From an uncultured Gemmatimonadales bacterium (GTDB lineage Bacteria; Gemmatimonadota; Gemmatimonadetes; Palauibacterales; Palauibacteraceae): a DNA stretch of 64,000 bases. Positions within the stretch are counted from its first letter, which is position 1. The number at the start of each line of letters is the position of its first letter. Positions 10,653-21,515 of the stretch are shown in pieces. Location of the stretch: positions 348,739 through 412,738 of the forward strand of contig CAWANJ010000002.1 in the NCBI GenBank assembly GCA_963783385.1, in the 5' to 3' direction. Under the pieces are notes generated by a model that had not been told where the DNA came from, searched no databases, and was given only the letters and a program-made list of their open reading frames with translations. A program made the position numbers and the translations under genes.

Positions 10653-11996
10653 CCGATCCGCGGAACCCGGAGGAGATGCTGTCGACAGCATCCCATCTGC
10701 TCGCCTCCGGGGATGACGAGAGCCTCCGCGAATACGGGGTCTCGCTGCACCCCAGCGACCTGGCGGACCTCCTCGAGCACCTGGAGGAGGGGGACCGGGT
10801 GCGGCTGCTGTCCCTCCTCCCGGCCGGGCCGGCCTCGGACGCGCTGGCCGAGATGGAGGACGTGGAGCAGCCCGGCGCGCTCCTGGCCCGGCTGGAGCCC
10901 GAGCGCATCGCCGAGCTCGTCTCGGAGCTGGCCGACGACGACGCAGCGGACCTGATCGGCGAGCTCGAGCCGGAGGACCAGGCCCGGGTGCTGGCCTCCG
11001 TGGACGACCCGGTCGAGATCGAGGAGCTCCTCCACTACCCGCCGGAGACGGCCGGCGGGATCATGACGCGGGAGATGGTGGCCGTCTCCTCGGCCCTCAC
11101 GGCCGGAGCCGCCCTGGCGTCCATCCGGCGCCAGGCGTCGCAGGTGGACGAGTTCTTCACGATCTTCGTGGTGGACCCGGCCGGCCGCCTCCAGGGCGTG
11201 GTCCCCCTGCAGGGCCTCGTGCTGAGCGATCCGGACCGGCCCATCACGGAGCTGGTGGAGGAGCCCCCCGCCGTGGTTCCGGTCCACATGGACCAGGAGG
11301 AGGTGGGCCGGATCCTGTCGCGCTACAACCTGGTGTCCATCGGCGTGCTGGACCCGCTGGGTCGTCTGGTGGGCCGCGTGACCTTCGACGACGTGATCGA
11401 CGTCATCGAGGCCGAGACCACCGAGGACATCCTGCGCTTCGCCTCGGTGTCCGAGGAGGAGGAGCTGCGGGGCTCCATGCGCGATGCGGTGCGGAGCCGG
11501 CTGCCGTGGCTGCTCGATCAACTTCGTCACGGCGGTCATGGCCGCCGCCGTCGTCTATCTGTTCCAGGGCACGATCCGCCAGCTCGTGCTCCTGGCGGTG
11601 GCCATGCCGATCATCGCGGGCATGGGGGGCAACGCCGGGACGCAGGCGCTCGCGGTCACCGTGCGGCGCATCGCGCTCTCGGACGAGACGACCCGGGAGC
11701 TGTGGAGCGTGGTGGGGAAGGAGCTCCTGGTCGGGCTCATCAACGGGCTGGTGCTGGGGCTGATCGGGGCGCTGGCGGGCGTCCTCCTGGCGGGGAGGCC
11801 CCTGTTCGGGCTCGTCGTGCTCCTGGCCATGTGGGGGAACCTGGTGGTGGCCGGGTTCGCCGGCGCCTTCATCCCCATCTTCCTGGAGAGCGTCGGCGTG
11901 GATCCGGCCGTGGCCTCCTCGATCTTCGTCACCACCTTCACCGATCTGTGCGGCTTCTTCCTGCTCCTGGGGCTGGCCACGGTCGTGCTGCTCTGA
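10649..11996 (+). CDS. mgtE: magnesium transporter MgtE (apparent frameshift near 11515)
   Basis: LHPSDLAD, CBS pair (TAGGIMT), RLPWL, MGGNAGTQ and DPAVAS..TTFTD. Confidence 0.92.
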
Positions 11997-12072
11997 AAGG
12001 GCCGTCTCGGGCCGGGACGGTGGGGGCCGGGCGTTTGCCGTGTCCGGAGCGGGGCGCCAACTTGGAGCCGCG

Positions 12073-13215
12073 ATGAGTACGAGGACGGAGGACGGGACGG
12101 AGGCGCCGCGTACGCGGCGCGAGGCCGACGCGGGCGGCGAGGAGCTGCCCGAACGGTTCGCCGCCGTGGTTCGCCGCTTCCGGGCCGGGGATCCGCGCGG
12201 ACTCGCCCGGGCCATCACCCTGGTGGAGAACGAGATTCCCGGCTTCGAGCGCCTGCTGGACGCGCTGCACGAGGGGGTGGGCCGCGCCCGCCGCATCGGG
12301 ATCACGGGTCCTCCCGGGGCGGGCAAGTCGACCCTGACCGCGGCCCTGGCGCGCCTGTTCCGCGCGCGCGGGCTCACGATCGGCATCGTGGCGGTGGACC
12401 CGACCAGCCCGTTCACGGGCGGCGCCCTGCTCGGGGACCGGGTGCGGATGACCGACCTGGCCACCGAGGAGGGGATCTTCATCCGCTCCATGGCGAGCCG
12501 GGGCTCCCTGGGGGGGATGGCGACCGCCAGCCGCGAGGCCGCCGACCTCATGGACGGGTTTGGGTTCGACCGCATCCTGCTCGAGACGGTGGGCGTGGGC
12601 CAGTCGGAGCTCGAGGTCGCCCAGGCGTGCGACACGGCCGTGGTCGTGCTGGTGCCCGAGTCGGGCGACGGCATCCAGGCCATGAAGGCCGGCCTCATGG
12701 AGGTGGCGGACCTGTTCGTGATCAACAAGGCGGACCGCCCCGGGGCCGACCGGCTGGCGGCCGAGATCGCCATCATGCAGCGCATCCGGGCCGGCCGGAC
12801 GCCGGGCGGCGGGACGGGCCACCACGGGGCGGGTGCGGCCGGCGGCGGCGAGTCGGACGGGGCCGCCGACGGTGACGAGCCGGCCCGCTCCGGCGGCCGC
12901 GAGGCTCCGGTGCTGCAGACGGCCGCCTCGAAGGGCGAGGGGATCGAGGCGCTGGCCGGCGCGCTGGATGAGCATTTCGGGTTCCTGCAGGAGGGTGGGG
13001 CGCTGGAGCGCCGCCGCCGCGAGCATCTGGTCGAGCACGCCCGCTCCGTGCTCCGCCGGCGCTACGAGCGCCGGGCGGATGCGATGTGGAGGGAGCGCGG
13101 ACCCGAGGTCGAGAAGGCGCTGGGTGCCGGCCGGCTGAGCCCGTACGCGGCCGCCGACGCGGTCGAAGACGGGGCCTCCGACGCCGTCGAGGAGCGCTCC
13201 CGGGAGGCCGACTGA
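12073..13215 (+). CDS. meaB: B12-mutase-associated GTPase MeaB/ArgK
   Basis: GITGPPGAGKST, AVDPTSPFTGGALLGDRVRM, ETVGVGQSE and INKAD. Confidence 0.93.
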   Translation: MSTRTEDGTEAPRTRREADAGGEELPERFAAVVRRFRAGDPRGLARAITLVENEIPGFERLLDALHEGVGRARRIGITGPPGAGKSTLTAALARLFRARGLTIGIVAVDPTSPFTGGALLGDRVRMTDLATEEGIFIRSMASRGSLGGMATASREAADLMDGFGFDRILLETVGVGQSELEVAQACDTAVVVLVPESGDGIQAMKAGLMEVADLFVINKADRPGADRLAAEIAIMQRIRAGRTPGGGTGHHGAGAAGGGESDGAADGDEPARSGGREAPVLQTAASKGEGIEALAGALDEHFGFLQEGGALERRRREHLVEHARSVLRRRYERRADAMWRERGPEVEKALGAGRLSPYAAADAVEDGASDAVEERSREAD

Positions 13216-13327
13216 GTCCTGGCGGGCCGGGAACGCCGGGCACCGGGAACCGTATAGCTAGTGGGCCGCCGCCGGGTCTCTTCCCGGTACCGGGCGGCCG
13301 GGTGCACACCAGGCTGGGAGCCACCCC

Positions 13328-15052
13328 ATGGGAAGCGTGATGGACGATACCCGGTCCCGGGAGGCGCTCGAGCGCGAGCTCGAGGCCCGGGAGAGCGAGG
13401 TCGAGGCGCTGCGCGCGGAGCTCGCGCGCTGGCGCGAGGCCTACGAGGCCGTCCCCAAGCGGGGCGACGCGGCCGGCTTCACGACCGTGTCGGGCCGGAG
13501 GGTGGCGCCCCTGTACACGCCGCTGGACCGGGACGGGTTCGACTACGCGCGGGACCTGGGCTTCCCGGGCGAGTTCCCGTTCACGCGGGGCCCCTACCAC
13601 AGCATGTACCGCACCCGGCTGTGGACCATGCGGCAGTTCTCCGGCTTCGCCACCGCCGAGGAGACGAACGAGCGCTACAAGTTCCTGCTCGAGCGCGGCC
13701 AGACCGGGCTCTCCGTCGCCTTCGACTTCCCGACCCTCATGGGCTACGACTCCGACGACCGCCTGTCGGAGGGCGAGGTGGGGAAGTGCGGCGTGGCGAT
13801 CACGAGCCTGGCCGACATGGAGACGCTGTTCGACGGCATCCCGCTGAGCGACGTGTCGGTGTCGATGACCATCAACGGGCCGGCCATCATGCTGTACTGC
13901 TTCCTGCTGGTGGCGGCCGAGAAGCAGGGGGTGCCGTTCGAGGAGGTCCAGGGCACGATCCAGAACGACATCCTCAAGGAGTACATGGCGCAGCACGCCT
14001 GGATCTACCCGCCCGAGCCGGCCCTCAAGCTCATCGTCGACACGTTCGAGTGGTCCGCCGAGCACGCGCCGAAGTTCAACACGATCTCGATCTCCGGCTA
14101 CCACATCCGGGAGGCCGGCGCCACGGCCGCCCAGGAGCTGGCCTACACCCTGAAGAACGGCTTCACCTACGTGGAGCGGGGGATCGAGCGCGGGCTGGAC
14201 GTGGACGCCTTCGCCCCGCGGCTGTCCTTCTTCTGGGACGTCCACAACGACTTCTTCGAGGAGATCGCCAAGTTCCGGGCGGCGCGCCGCATCTGGGCCC
14301 GTCACCTGCGCGAGGTCTACGGGGCGCGTGAGCCCGAGAGCTGGCGGCTCAGGACGCACGCGCAGACGGCCGGCGTGACGCTCACCGCCCAGCAGCCCGT
14401 GAACAACGTGGCCCGGGTGGCCTACCAGGCCATGGCCGCGGTCCTGGGCGGCACGCAGTCCCTGCACACCAACGCCCTCGACGAGACGCTCGCCCTCCCC
14501 ACCGAGCAGGCGGTGCGCGTGGCGCTCCGCACCCAGCAGATCCTCGCCTACGAGACCGGGGTCGCCCACTCGATCGACCCCCTGGCCGGCTCCTACTATC
14601 TGGAGCGGCTCACCGACGAGCTCGAGGAGGAGGCCGAGGAGATCTTCCGGGAGATCGACTCCCTGGGCGGCGTCGTCTCCGGGATCGAGAACGGTTACTT
14701 CCAGTCCCAGATCGCCGCCTCCTCGCGCCGCTTCCAGGCCGAGGCCGAGTCCGGCGACCGGGTCGTGGTCGGGGTGAACGAGTTCGTGGAGGATGAGGAG
14801 TCGCCGATCGAGATCCTCAAGATCGGCGAGGAGGCGGCGGCCAAGCAGCAGGAGCGACTGGCCGCCGTGCGCGAGCGCCGCGACGGGGCCGAGGTGGAGC
14901 GCCTCCTGGACCGGCTGGGCGAGGCGGCCCGCGCCGACGAGAACCTCATGCCCCCCATGCTGGACGCCGTCCGCGCCTACGCCACCCTGGGCGAGATCCG
15001 GGCCACGCTGGAGGCGGTGTACGGCCGCTTCCAGGAGCCGGTGAGCTTCTGA
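13328..15052 (+). CDS. B12-dependent acyl-CoA mutase large (substrate-binding) subunit, isobutyryl-CoA-mutase-type signature
   Basis: [39 protein letters not shown] and QSLHTN; no B12-binding domain (split mutase). Confidence 0.92.
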   Translation: MGSVMDDTRSREALERELEARESEVEALRAELARWREAYEAVPKRGDAAGFTTVSGRRVAPLYTPLDRDGFDYARDLGFPGEFPFTRGPYHSMYRTRLWTMRQFSGFATAEETNERYKFLLERGQTGLSVAFDFPTLMGYDSDDRLSEGEVGKCGVAITSLADMETLFDGIPLSDVSVSMTINGPAIMLYCFLLVAAEKQGVPFEEVQGTIQNDILKEYMAQHAWIYPPEPALKLIVDTFEWSAEHAPKFNTISISGYHIREAGATAAQELAYTLKNGFTYVERGIERGLDVDAFAPRLSFFWDVHNDFFEEIAKFRAARRIWARHLREVYGAREPESWRLRTHAQTAGVTLTAQQPVNNVARVAYQAMAAVLGGTQSLHTNALDETLALPTEQAVRVALRTQQILAYETGVAHSIDPLAGSYYLERLTDELEEEAEEIFREIDSLGGVVSGIENGYFQSQIAASSRRFQAEAESGDRVVVGVNEFVEDEESPIEILKIGEEAAAKQQERLAAVRERRDGAEVERLLDRLGEAARADENLMPPMLDAVRAYATLGEIRATLEAVYGRFQEPVSF

Positions 15053-15095
15053 TCGGTCAGCGGCCCCAGCCCCAAGGCCTCAGCCCATTCCGCCG

Positions 15096-15735
15096 CTACT
15101 CCGAGGCTCGCCGTGCGCAGAAGTAGCCGTTGGGTGTCGGTGGTCTCCAGAAGCCGACAGCCCATGTGCCCTTGAGGCCCGTGGAATCGGCTGCCCATAC
15201 GACCCAATCGGGAGCTCGCCGCGGCCGGACGCTTCCGCTCCGTTCGATCTCTCCTTGTTCCAAGAAGACGGTGCCGTCCCTTCCCCGCGAACCTACCAGC
15301 TGCTTGGACACCTCCACCGATTGAACAATGCGGGCCGTTGCCGGCTGTAGCGAATCGGCCTCACCTCTGTCCAGGGCGAGATCAGTTTGTCCTTCGACGA
15401 GCCAGGAGAGACCCTTGAGTATTTCAGGGCCTTCGCGTGACCAACGCTCGAGGGTCAAATGGCCAGACACATCGGAGCCTTTCTGCTCACCCGCCGCGAT
15501 GTGCATCGTCAGTTCATATGTTCCGGGTAGCCACCCAATCTCGACGACCGAGGCCGCGAGCGTATCCGGTGGACCACAAGCTCGGATATCCGCCGCTGCC
15601 TCCTTTCGTGAATTCTCTTGCCTTGACGGGATACAGGCGATCGCCGACGCTGCCATCACCGACGCTGACGATACAGACCAGGCTGCGCCTTACGAACAGG
15701 TTTCTGCCGCCCTCGCGTTCGTCCTTGAGCTTCAT
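15096..15735 (-). CDS. putative immunity lipoprotein for cassette J (probable frameshift near 15660; ORF 15096-15659)
   Basis: Immediately downstream of the tip; hydrophobic N-terminus ending AIAC; paralog of 17337-17903 (CxPPDT, GxLTLE, GTW, GYFCAxR). Confidence 0.65.
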
Positions 15736-15750
15736 GATTTTCTGAGCGCC

Positions 15751-17053
15751 TCATTGTGGCCAGGAACAAGTCGTCCAACTGGAATCGGTAGGGGTGTAAA
15801 CATAGAGCGAACCGGAGATGATTATGTGGGTCGTGTGCCGAGCCTTTGTCGTGAATGTATCTCGAAGGCTTGGAGCGCCGCCGCCCCAATGCGTATGAAA
15901 GTCTCCAGAGGCGCCTGCGTAGAAGGGCACGTGCACAGTGTCTCCTCCTGGTATCCCAGAAACGGTTACGTGCAATGGATCGCTCCACGGAGCCCCGTAC
16001 CAGCCGCCGAATTCCTGCCTGTTTAGCCACGACCGCCTGTAGAGCTTACCTGCCTGCTCGAGGAAGCTCGCGTTGAATTGACAATTGAACGTGTCGGCCC
16101 GAGCAGCCGCGGCTGCTCCACCCCCCGGAGGTCCAAACGCGGCAAAGCCGGAATTGGGGCCCGCACCGTCACCGACTCCCCCGAGGCCGGTCGCTGACGA
16201 GCCGCCATAGCCACCGACGGCCCCCGCACCGCCGCCACCGCCCTGGACGAGGACCTTGAGCTCCGTCGCCTCATCGCACCACGGATAGGGGGTCCAGGTG
16301 AAGTGGCAGTCGAGGTCAGAGGGATCCGTCCCGTTGACCGGACTGTTCCCCACGTAGGCGTACGGGTTGATCCCGGCCGCGAGCCCGAGCGGGTCCTCGC
16401 TGAGGAAGCGTCCGAGCTCGGGGTCGTAGGAGCGGGCCCCCATGGCGTAGAGACCCTCGTGCCAGTCGAGCATCTGGCCGGCGTAGCGCAGCCAGTTGGA
16501 CACCGTGGTCGAGCCGTGCTGGGCGTTCCCCCAGGGGTCGTAGCGGTAGTCGTTGGCCACGCCCGAGGCGCCGAACAGCCCGAGGACGGAGCCGAGGTCG
16601 TCGGTGGCCAGGTAGTGGGTCTGGGCGTCGCTGCGGACGCTGTGGGGCCGGGAGCCGCCGTCCCAGAGGTAGTGCAGCACGTAGCCGGTCTTGCCGCGCT
16701 CGACGCGGCGGCCGAAGCCGTCGTACTCGTAGCGCCACACGGTATCGCCGTCGGCGAGGCTGTCGAGCCGGCCGCTGGGGCTCCAGTAGAAGCTCTCGTC
16801 GACCCCGTTTCCGGACTTGGAGGTGAGCCGGCCGGCGGCGTCCCACGTGAGGCTGTAGCCGGCGAAGGAGCTCGGCCGATCGGCCGTGTCGATGACGGCG
16901 CCGTGGTCGGTGCGGTTTCCCACGGCATCGTAGGCGTAGAGCGCCGAGTCGGCGACGGGGTAACCCGAATTGAAGGTGCAGTTGTTCACTTCGATCGAGC
17001 CGGGTGTGCAGGTGACGCCCGCGTTGGCCACGCGGTCCACGTACCCGGTGAGC
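15751..17053 (-). pseudogene. orphan Rhs cassette J: core fragment plus JAB/MPN-like toxin tip
   Basis: Core ends PVNGTDPSD; 22-aa in-frame core deletion; tip has EFGGWY...HTHWGGGAPSLRD. Confidence 0.85.
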
Positions 17054-17336
17054 TCCTCAGCCGCTGGCCGAGTTTTCGCGACCTCCGGCCCGGTAAGGAG
17101 CCGTCAGGCAACCCGCGCTCGCCAGCCCAAGGGCGAGAGAGTGGATGTCTCCAGACTGCGTACAGCCGGGTGTCTCTTTACACAAATGGTCGTCCCGGTC
17201 CCGTGGACGAATGGAGCCACATCCGCTCCTGCTGAATTATGGAGGACGTGTCTCGGACCGCGGCCATGCGCAGCAAAGAAGGCGAAATTTCAGTGGCCGA
17301 CCGGCTTCGGCGCCTCGGGCGTGAACGCTAGTCTCG

Positions 17337-17903
17337 TCAGGATTCCGGCAGGCGCCAAGCACAGAAGTACCCGGCTGGAACAGGTCTAACATTGGTGCCC
17401 GCAGACCATGTACCAGTGAACCCAGTTCGGTCACCGTTTTGCACGTCCAGATCCACTCCCTGATCGACGGCCATAGCATTGAGACGGGCCCCTCCAACCA
17501 CGATAAAGAACCGTCCGCGATCCTTGAAGACCAGCACGCCAGGATGCTCTGGGTCCTTCGACGAGGGTTCTGGTGATCCAATTGGAACGTTCCCGAGCCG
17601 CGTTAGTGGTGCCTCCATCCAGCCGGCGGCCGCCCAGCCAAATCTCCTTGCTCGCGCACTGACCTCAAGTGTAAGCCGGCCCTGCACGATCGTATCTCGA
17701 CGGGCTCCTTGCGTCACATGCAACTCGATAACAAAAACACCCACGAGATTGGCAAATTCGGCATCCGGAGTTGATGTTGTGTCGGGCGGCTGGCACTTAC
17801 TCTGTGTCATGTCCCGGTTCGAATGTGCCATGTCACATTGGCCGCCCACAATAATGAGGCAGCTTAGCATCAGAACCATTAGGTGAGTAGCTAGCAATTT
17901 CAT
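17337..17903 (-). CDS. putative exported immunity protein for cassette I
   Basis: Signal-peptide-like MKLLATHLMVLMLSCLIIVGG; paralog of the 15096 gene; directly downstream of the tip. Confidence 0.7.
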   Translation of the reverse strand: MKLLATHLMVLMLSCLIIVGGQCDMAHSNRDMTQSKCQPPDTTSTPDAEFANLVGVFVIELHVTQGARRDTIVQGRLTLEVSARARRFGWAAAGWMEAPLTRLGNVPIGSPEPSSKDPEHPGVLVFKDRGRFFIVVGGARLNAMAVDQGVDLDVQNGDRTGFTGTWSAGTNVRPVPAGYFCAWRLPES

Positions 17904-18940
17904 CGTGCACCTTGGACGGCCCAATTACTCTGTGCAAGCCGTGGACACGACCGCGTGGTTCGAGTCAGTGCGGCCATCCACAAGCTGTGGTGGACATGTC
18001 ACCAGGGGTGACCACATAAATGGTGTCGTTGGGCCCGAATATGGCCATTGTAGTTTGATATCTACGCACCCATACGATATCCGCCCCGCTAGGTCCAGGG
18101 TTTCCCCCGAGCCACCGCGGTACAATATGCGCGTGCCAGTTGCCGGAGCTTCCAGGATGAGGCAAGAGGTAGCCGCTCGTCATTGACGGATCTTGGATTG
18201 TATTTCGCAGTGGTCTGTCCCATGGGGGGCCATACCAGCCTCCGCGTTCAGTCGATGCAGCGTTCGAGTTGTTCCACTCCTCGTTTCCTTGTCGCAGGAA
18301 ACCAGGACTGAAGCTGCAGTCAAACGTGTCAGCAGCAGCGGTCGCCGCGAACCCTCCGCCGCCCGGAAGTCCAAAGGCGGCAAAGCCGGAATTGGGGCCC
18401 GCACCGTCACCGGCTCCCCCGAGGCCGGTCGCTGACGAGCCGCCATAGCCACCCACGGGACCCGCGCCGCCGCCACCGCCCTGGACGAGGACCTTGAGCT
18501 CCGTCGCCTCATCGCACCACGGATAGGGGGTCCAGGTAAAGTAACAGTCCAGGCCAGAGGGATCCGTCCCGTTGACCGGACTGTCCCCCACGTAGGCGTA
18601 GGGGTTGATCCCGGCCGCGAGCCCGAGCGGGTCCTCGCTGAGGAAGCGTCCGAGCTCGGGGTCGTAGGAGCGGGCGCCCATGGCGTAGAGGCCCTCGTGC
18701 CAGTCGAGCATCTGGCCGGCCCAGCGCAGCCAGTTGGACACGGTGGTCGAGCCGTGCTGGGCGCTCCCCCAGGGGTCGTAGCGGTAGTCGTTGGCCACGC
18801 CCGAGGCGCCGAACAGCCCGAGGACGGAGCCGAGTGTCAATGGACGCCAAGTCTCACGATGTTAGCGGACGCACAGATTTACGACCCTGCTCCTGCTGGT
18901 GATCGTTCACCTCCGGGTTCGGGTGTGCCGGGACGGGTGC

Positions 18941-19723
18941 TCATTTCAGGAGCCGCTCGAGGTCACGGAGCCGGTAGCTCCTTCCCTTGATGTTGAGGAC
19001 GTGGCAGTGGTGAAGCAGGCGGTCGAGGAGGGCGGTGGCCATGACCTCGTCGCCGGCCAGCACCTCGGGCCAGTCCTTGACGGCCTTGTTGGTGGTGATG
19101 AGGATCGAGCCCTTCTGGTAGCGGTAACTGACGAGGCGGAAGAGGAGGCTGGCCTCGAGCCGGGTCATGGGCTGGAAGCCGACCTCGTCGATGATCAAGA
19201 GCGCGACGTTCATGTACTTCTTGGCGCGCAGCCGTCGGGGCGGCACGTCGGCGTCCTTCTTCAGGCTGTGGAGGAGGTCCTCGAGCCGGAAGAAGGCGAC
19301 CGAGAAGCCGCTCTCGACCGCCTTGACGCCCAGGGCGACCCCGAGGTGAGTCTTGCCGACGCCAGGCGGGCCCTGGATGAGGAGCGTCTCTCGCTCGCGG
19401 ATCCAGGCGCCGGTGGCCAGCGTCTCGATGCGGCTGCGCTCGAGGGAGGGCTGGAAGGCCCAGTCGAAGTCGGCCAGCGTGTAGCCGGTCGGGAGCCCCG
19501 AGAGGCGGAGCGAGGTCTTGATGCGCCGTTCCTCGCGCTGGCGGATCTCGGCCTCCAGGAGCCGGTCCAGGAAGCGGTGGGGCGGCACGTTCGACTTGAC
19601 TGCTTCGGAGAGGAGCTCGCCCAGCCGCTCGGCCGCATGCGTGAAACCGAGCTGGACGAGAGCCTCCTGCGTCCGGTCGACGTCCAGCCGCCCCTTGCGG
19701 GCCGACGTCTGCGGGGCGCTCAC
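18941..19723 (-). CDS. istB: IS21 helper ATPase IstB
   Basis: GPPGVGKTHL, LLIIDEVGF, ITTNK and ALLDRLLHH. Confidence 0.95.
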   Translation of the reverse strand: MSAPQTSARKGRLDVDRTQEALVQLGFTHAAERLGELLSEAVKSNVPPHRFLDRLLEAEIRQREERRIKTSLRLSGLPTGYTLADFDWAFQPSLERSRIETLATGAWIRERETLLIQGPPGVGKTHLGVALGVKAVESGFSVAFFRLEDLLHSLKKDADVPPRRLRAKKYMNVALLIIDEVGFQPMTRLEASLLFRLVSYRYQKGSILITTNKAVKDWPEVLAGDEVMATALLDRLLHHCHVLNIKGRSYRLRDLERLLK

Positions 19724-20991
19724 CGGGCCACCTCCGCCAGCGCGGCATACAGATCCACGGGCCGGGCCTCGACGGGCAGGAGGTAGATCTCCTGGAGCTT
19801 CCGGCCCATGCGGCCCAGCGGCGGCGGCGGGAGGACGCGGCCTGTGGCCTCGCCCTCGAAGCAGTCCGGGTCCATGAGGAGCCGCTCGGGCGTGTGCCGC
19901 GGGTAGGCCTTGACCACCCGGCCCTCGGCCCAGATCTGGACGACCCCGGCGCAGCCGCGCACCTCGACCGCCTGGCCGGCCAGGGCGAAGGGAACCGCGT
20001 ACTGACGGCCCTCGAAGGCCACCAGGCAGTCCCGGTCCACCCACCGGGTGACCGCCACGTCGAAGGGCTCGGGCAGGATCGGGAGCGGCCGGAGCCGCTC
20101 GAGCTCCCGGCGCCAGCTCTCGTGGACCGTGGCTCCGGTGGCCGGGCACACCGCCGTGCGCGCCCACCGGTCGATCCTCTCGTCCGTCCAGGCCTGCAGC
20201 TCGTCGAGGCCGCCGAAGCGGCGGCCCGCCGGATCCAGCCGCCTCCGCCCCAGCCTCACCTTGGCCTCCGCCTTCCCCTTGGCCTGCGGCTCCCGCGGCC
20301 CGCACGCGTCGATGTGGAAGCCGACCGTCTGCGCGTAGGCCCGGTAGGTGGGATGGATCGTCCCCCAGGCCCCCGCGCCGCGGCTCAGCGCCGTCTTCAC
20401 GTTGTCGATGCGGTTCACCGCCGCCACGCCCTCCAGGCGCCGGTAGGCCTCGTTGTGGCAGGAGAGCCAGGAGACCTGGTCCTCCCGCCGGCTCCACACC
20501 GCCGCCGGACGGCGGCTGTGCGAGAGCGTCATCCAGAACAGGTGCAGGGGCTCGGGCCCCTCGCCCACGTCCACCCGCGCGATACTCCGCCCAGTCCGTC
20601 TGCGTCTGCGCCCCCGGAGGCGTCTCCACCCGCCGGTAGGTCCTGAGCTTCGGCCGGGATACCGCGCCCTGGCACGTACCGCAGCACCGAGCGGTAGGAG
20701 CCCCGGTAGCCGTACTCCGCCGCCAGGTGCTCCCAGAGCTCCTGGACGTTCACCGGCCGCTGTCTGCTCCTCCCGGTCGGCGAACCAGTGCTCGATCACC
20801 CCGGCCAGCCGCTCGGCCCTGTAGGGCCGCTTCGAGCGACCGTCCTCGGCTCCCTCGGCCTGCCGCCTCAGGTGGTAGCGCACCGTGCCCTCGGTCACCC
20901 CCAGGGTACGCGCGATCTCGCAGTGGTTCTGCCTCTTCTCGGCCAGCACCCCGATCGTCACGGTCTCCTCCCTGCGAAGTCTCCTGGCCAT
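19720..20991 (-). CDS. istA: IS21 transposase IstA (several compensating frameshifts around 20580-20760)
   Basis: N-terminal HTH; ETPPGAQTQTDW in an alternate frame; LSHSR, IDNVKTA and PQAKGKAE. Confidence 0.9.
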   Translation of the reverse strand: MARRLRREETVTIGVLAEKRQNHCEIARTLGVTEGTVRYHLRRQAEGAEDGRSKRPYRAERLAGVIEHWFADREEQTAAGERPGALGAPGGGVRLPGLLPLGAAVRARARYPGRSSGPTGGWRRLRGRRRRRTGRSIARVDVGEGPEPLHLFWMTLSHSRRPAAVWSRREDQVSWLSCHNEAYRRLEGVAAVNRIDNVKTALSRGAGAWGTIHPTYRAYAQTVGFHIDACGPREPQAKGKAEAKVRLGRRRLDPAGRRFGGLDELQAWTDERIDRWARTAVCPATGATVHESWRRELERLRPLPILPEPFDVAVTRWVDRDCLVAFEGRQYAVPFALAGQAVEVRGCAGVVQIWAEGRVVKAYPRHTPERLLMDPDCFEGEATGRVLPPPPLGRMGRKLQEIYLLPVEARPVDLYAALAEVAR

Positions 20992-21260
20992 CGGGGGCAC
21001 CCTCCTTCGAGCTCGAGGTTCGAAGGTCTCGGTACCCCCGCCACTCCGCAGGGTCGTAAATCTGTGCGTCCGCTAAGGAGAAAAAGAACCCGTCCCGGCA
21101 CACCGAGGTCGTCGGTGGCCAGGTAGTAGGTCTCCTCGTCGGCGCGCAGGCTGTGGGGCAGGGCGCCGCCGGGGAAGTAGGCGTAGGTGGCCTTGAGCGC
21201 GGTGGCCCCGGCGTAGACGGCGAACAGGGAGCTTCCGCGCCATTGACAGTACTGTGCTGT

Positions 21261-21515
21261 TCAGGGGTACCGGAGCCCTATAAGCGCCGCCGAAGAAGGA
21301 GAATGAGCCGACCAGCCCAGAGCATTCCCAGCGCTGTCGAGATCAGAATGCCAGACGCCAAACGAGTGCGATATCGCCCCGTCAAGGCCGAAGGCCAGAA
21401 AGCCGACCGCGCTCACTGATGCGCGCAGCAGGGGAGTCATGGGGCGGTTGAGCTTCCTCCAGGTTCGCTCGAGCCGAGAAATCCTCTGGTCCTCGGAATT
21501 CACTGGTAGAATCAA
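21261..21515 (-). CDS. putative small membrane immunity protein for cassette H
   Basis: Start overlaps the tip stop codon; hydrophobic segment ASVSAVGFLAFGL. Confidence 0.5.
   Translation of the reverse strand: MILPVNSEDQRISRLERTWRKLNRPMTPLLRASVSAVGFLAFGLDGAISHSFGVWHSDLDSAGNALGWSAHSPSSAALIGLRYP

Larger units (their letters stand above)
18835..21102 (-). mobile_element. IS21-family insertion sequence
   Basis: TGT...ACA ends; CCGAG duplicated at 18830-18834 and 21103-21107; 29-bp perfect subterminal inverted repeat (18862-18890 / 21048-21076); istA plus istB. Confidence 0.95.
17965..21237 (-). pseudogene. orphan Rhs cassette I (core interrupted by IS21) plus JAB/MPN-like toxin tip
   Basis: Core sequence at 21103-21237 resumes at 18834; DPSG followed by a tip with ERGGWY...HAH...PSGAD. 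Confidence 0.85.

Noticed and set aside
18915-18938. Internal IS sequence TTCGGG-TGTGCC resembling the target/left-end junction CTCGG-TGTGCC (RNA-guided targeting idea)
   Set aside because: The match outside the IR is only a few bases in GC-rich DNA, and the second IS copy abuts an unrelated sequence.
21241-21248. CATTGACA as the true left IR of the IS, which would include a captured Rhs piece
   Set aside because: The CCGAG duplication and seamless Rhs continuity place the end at 21102.
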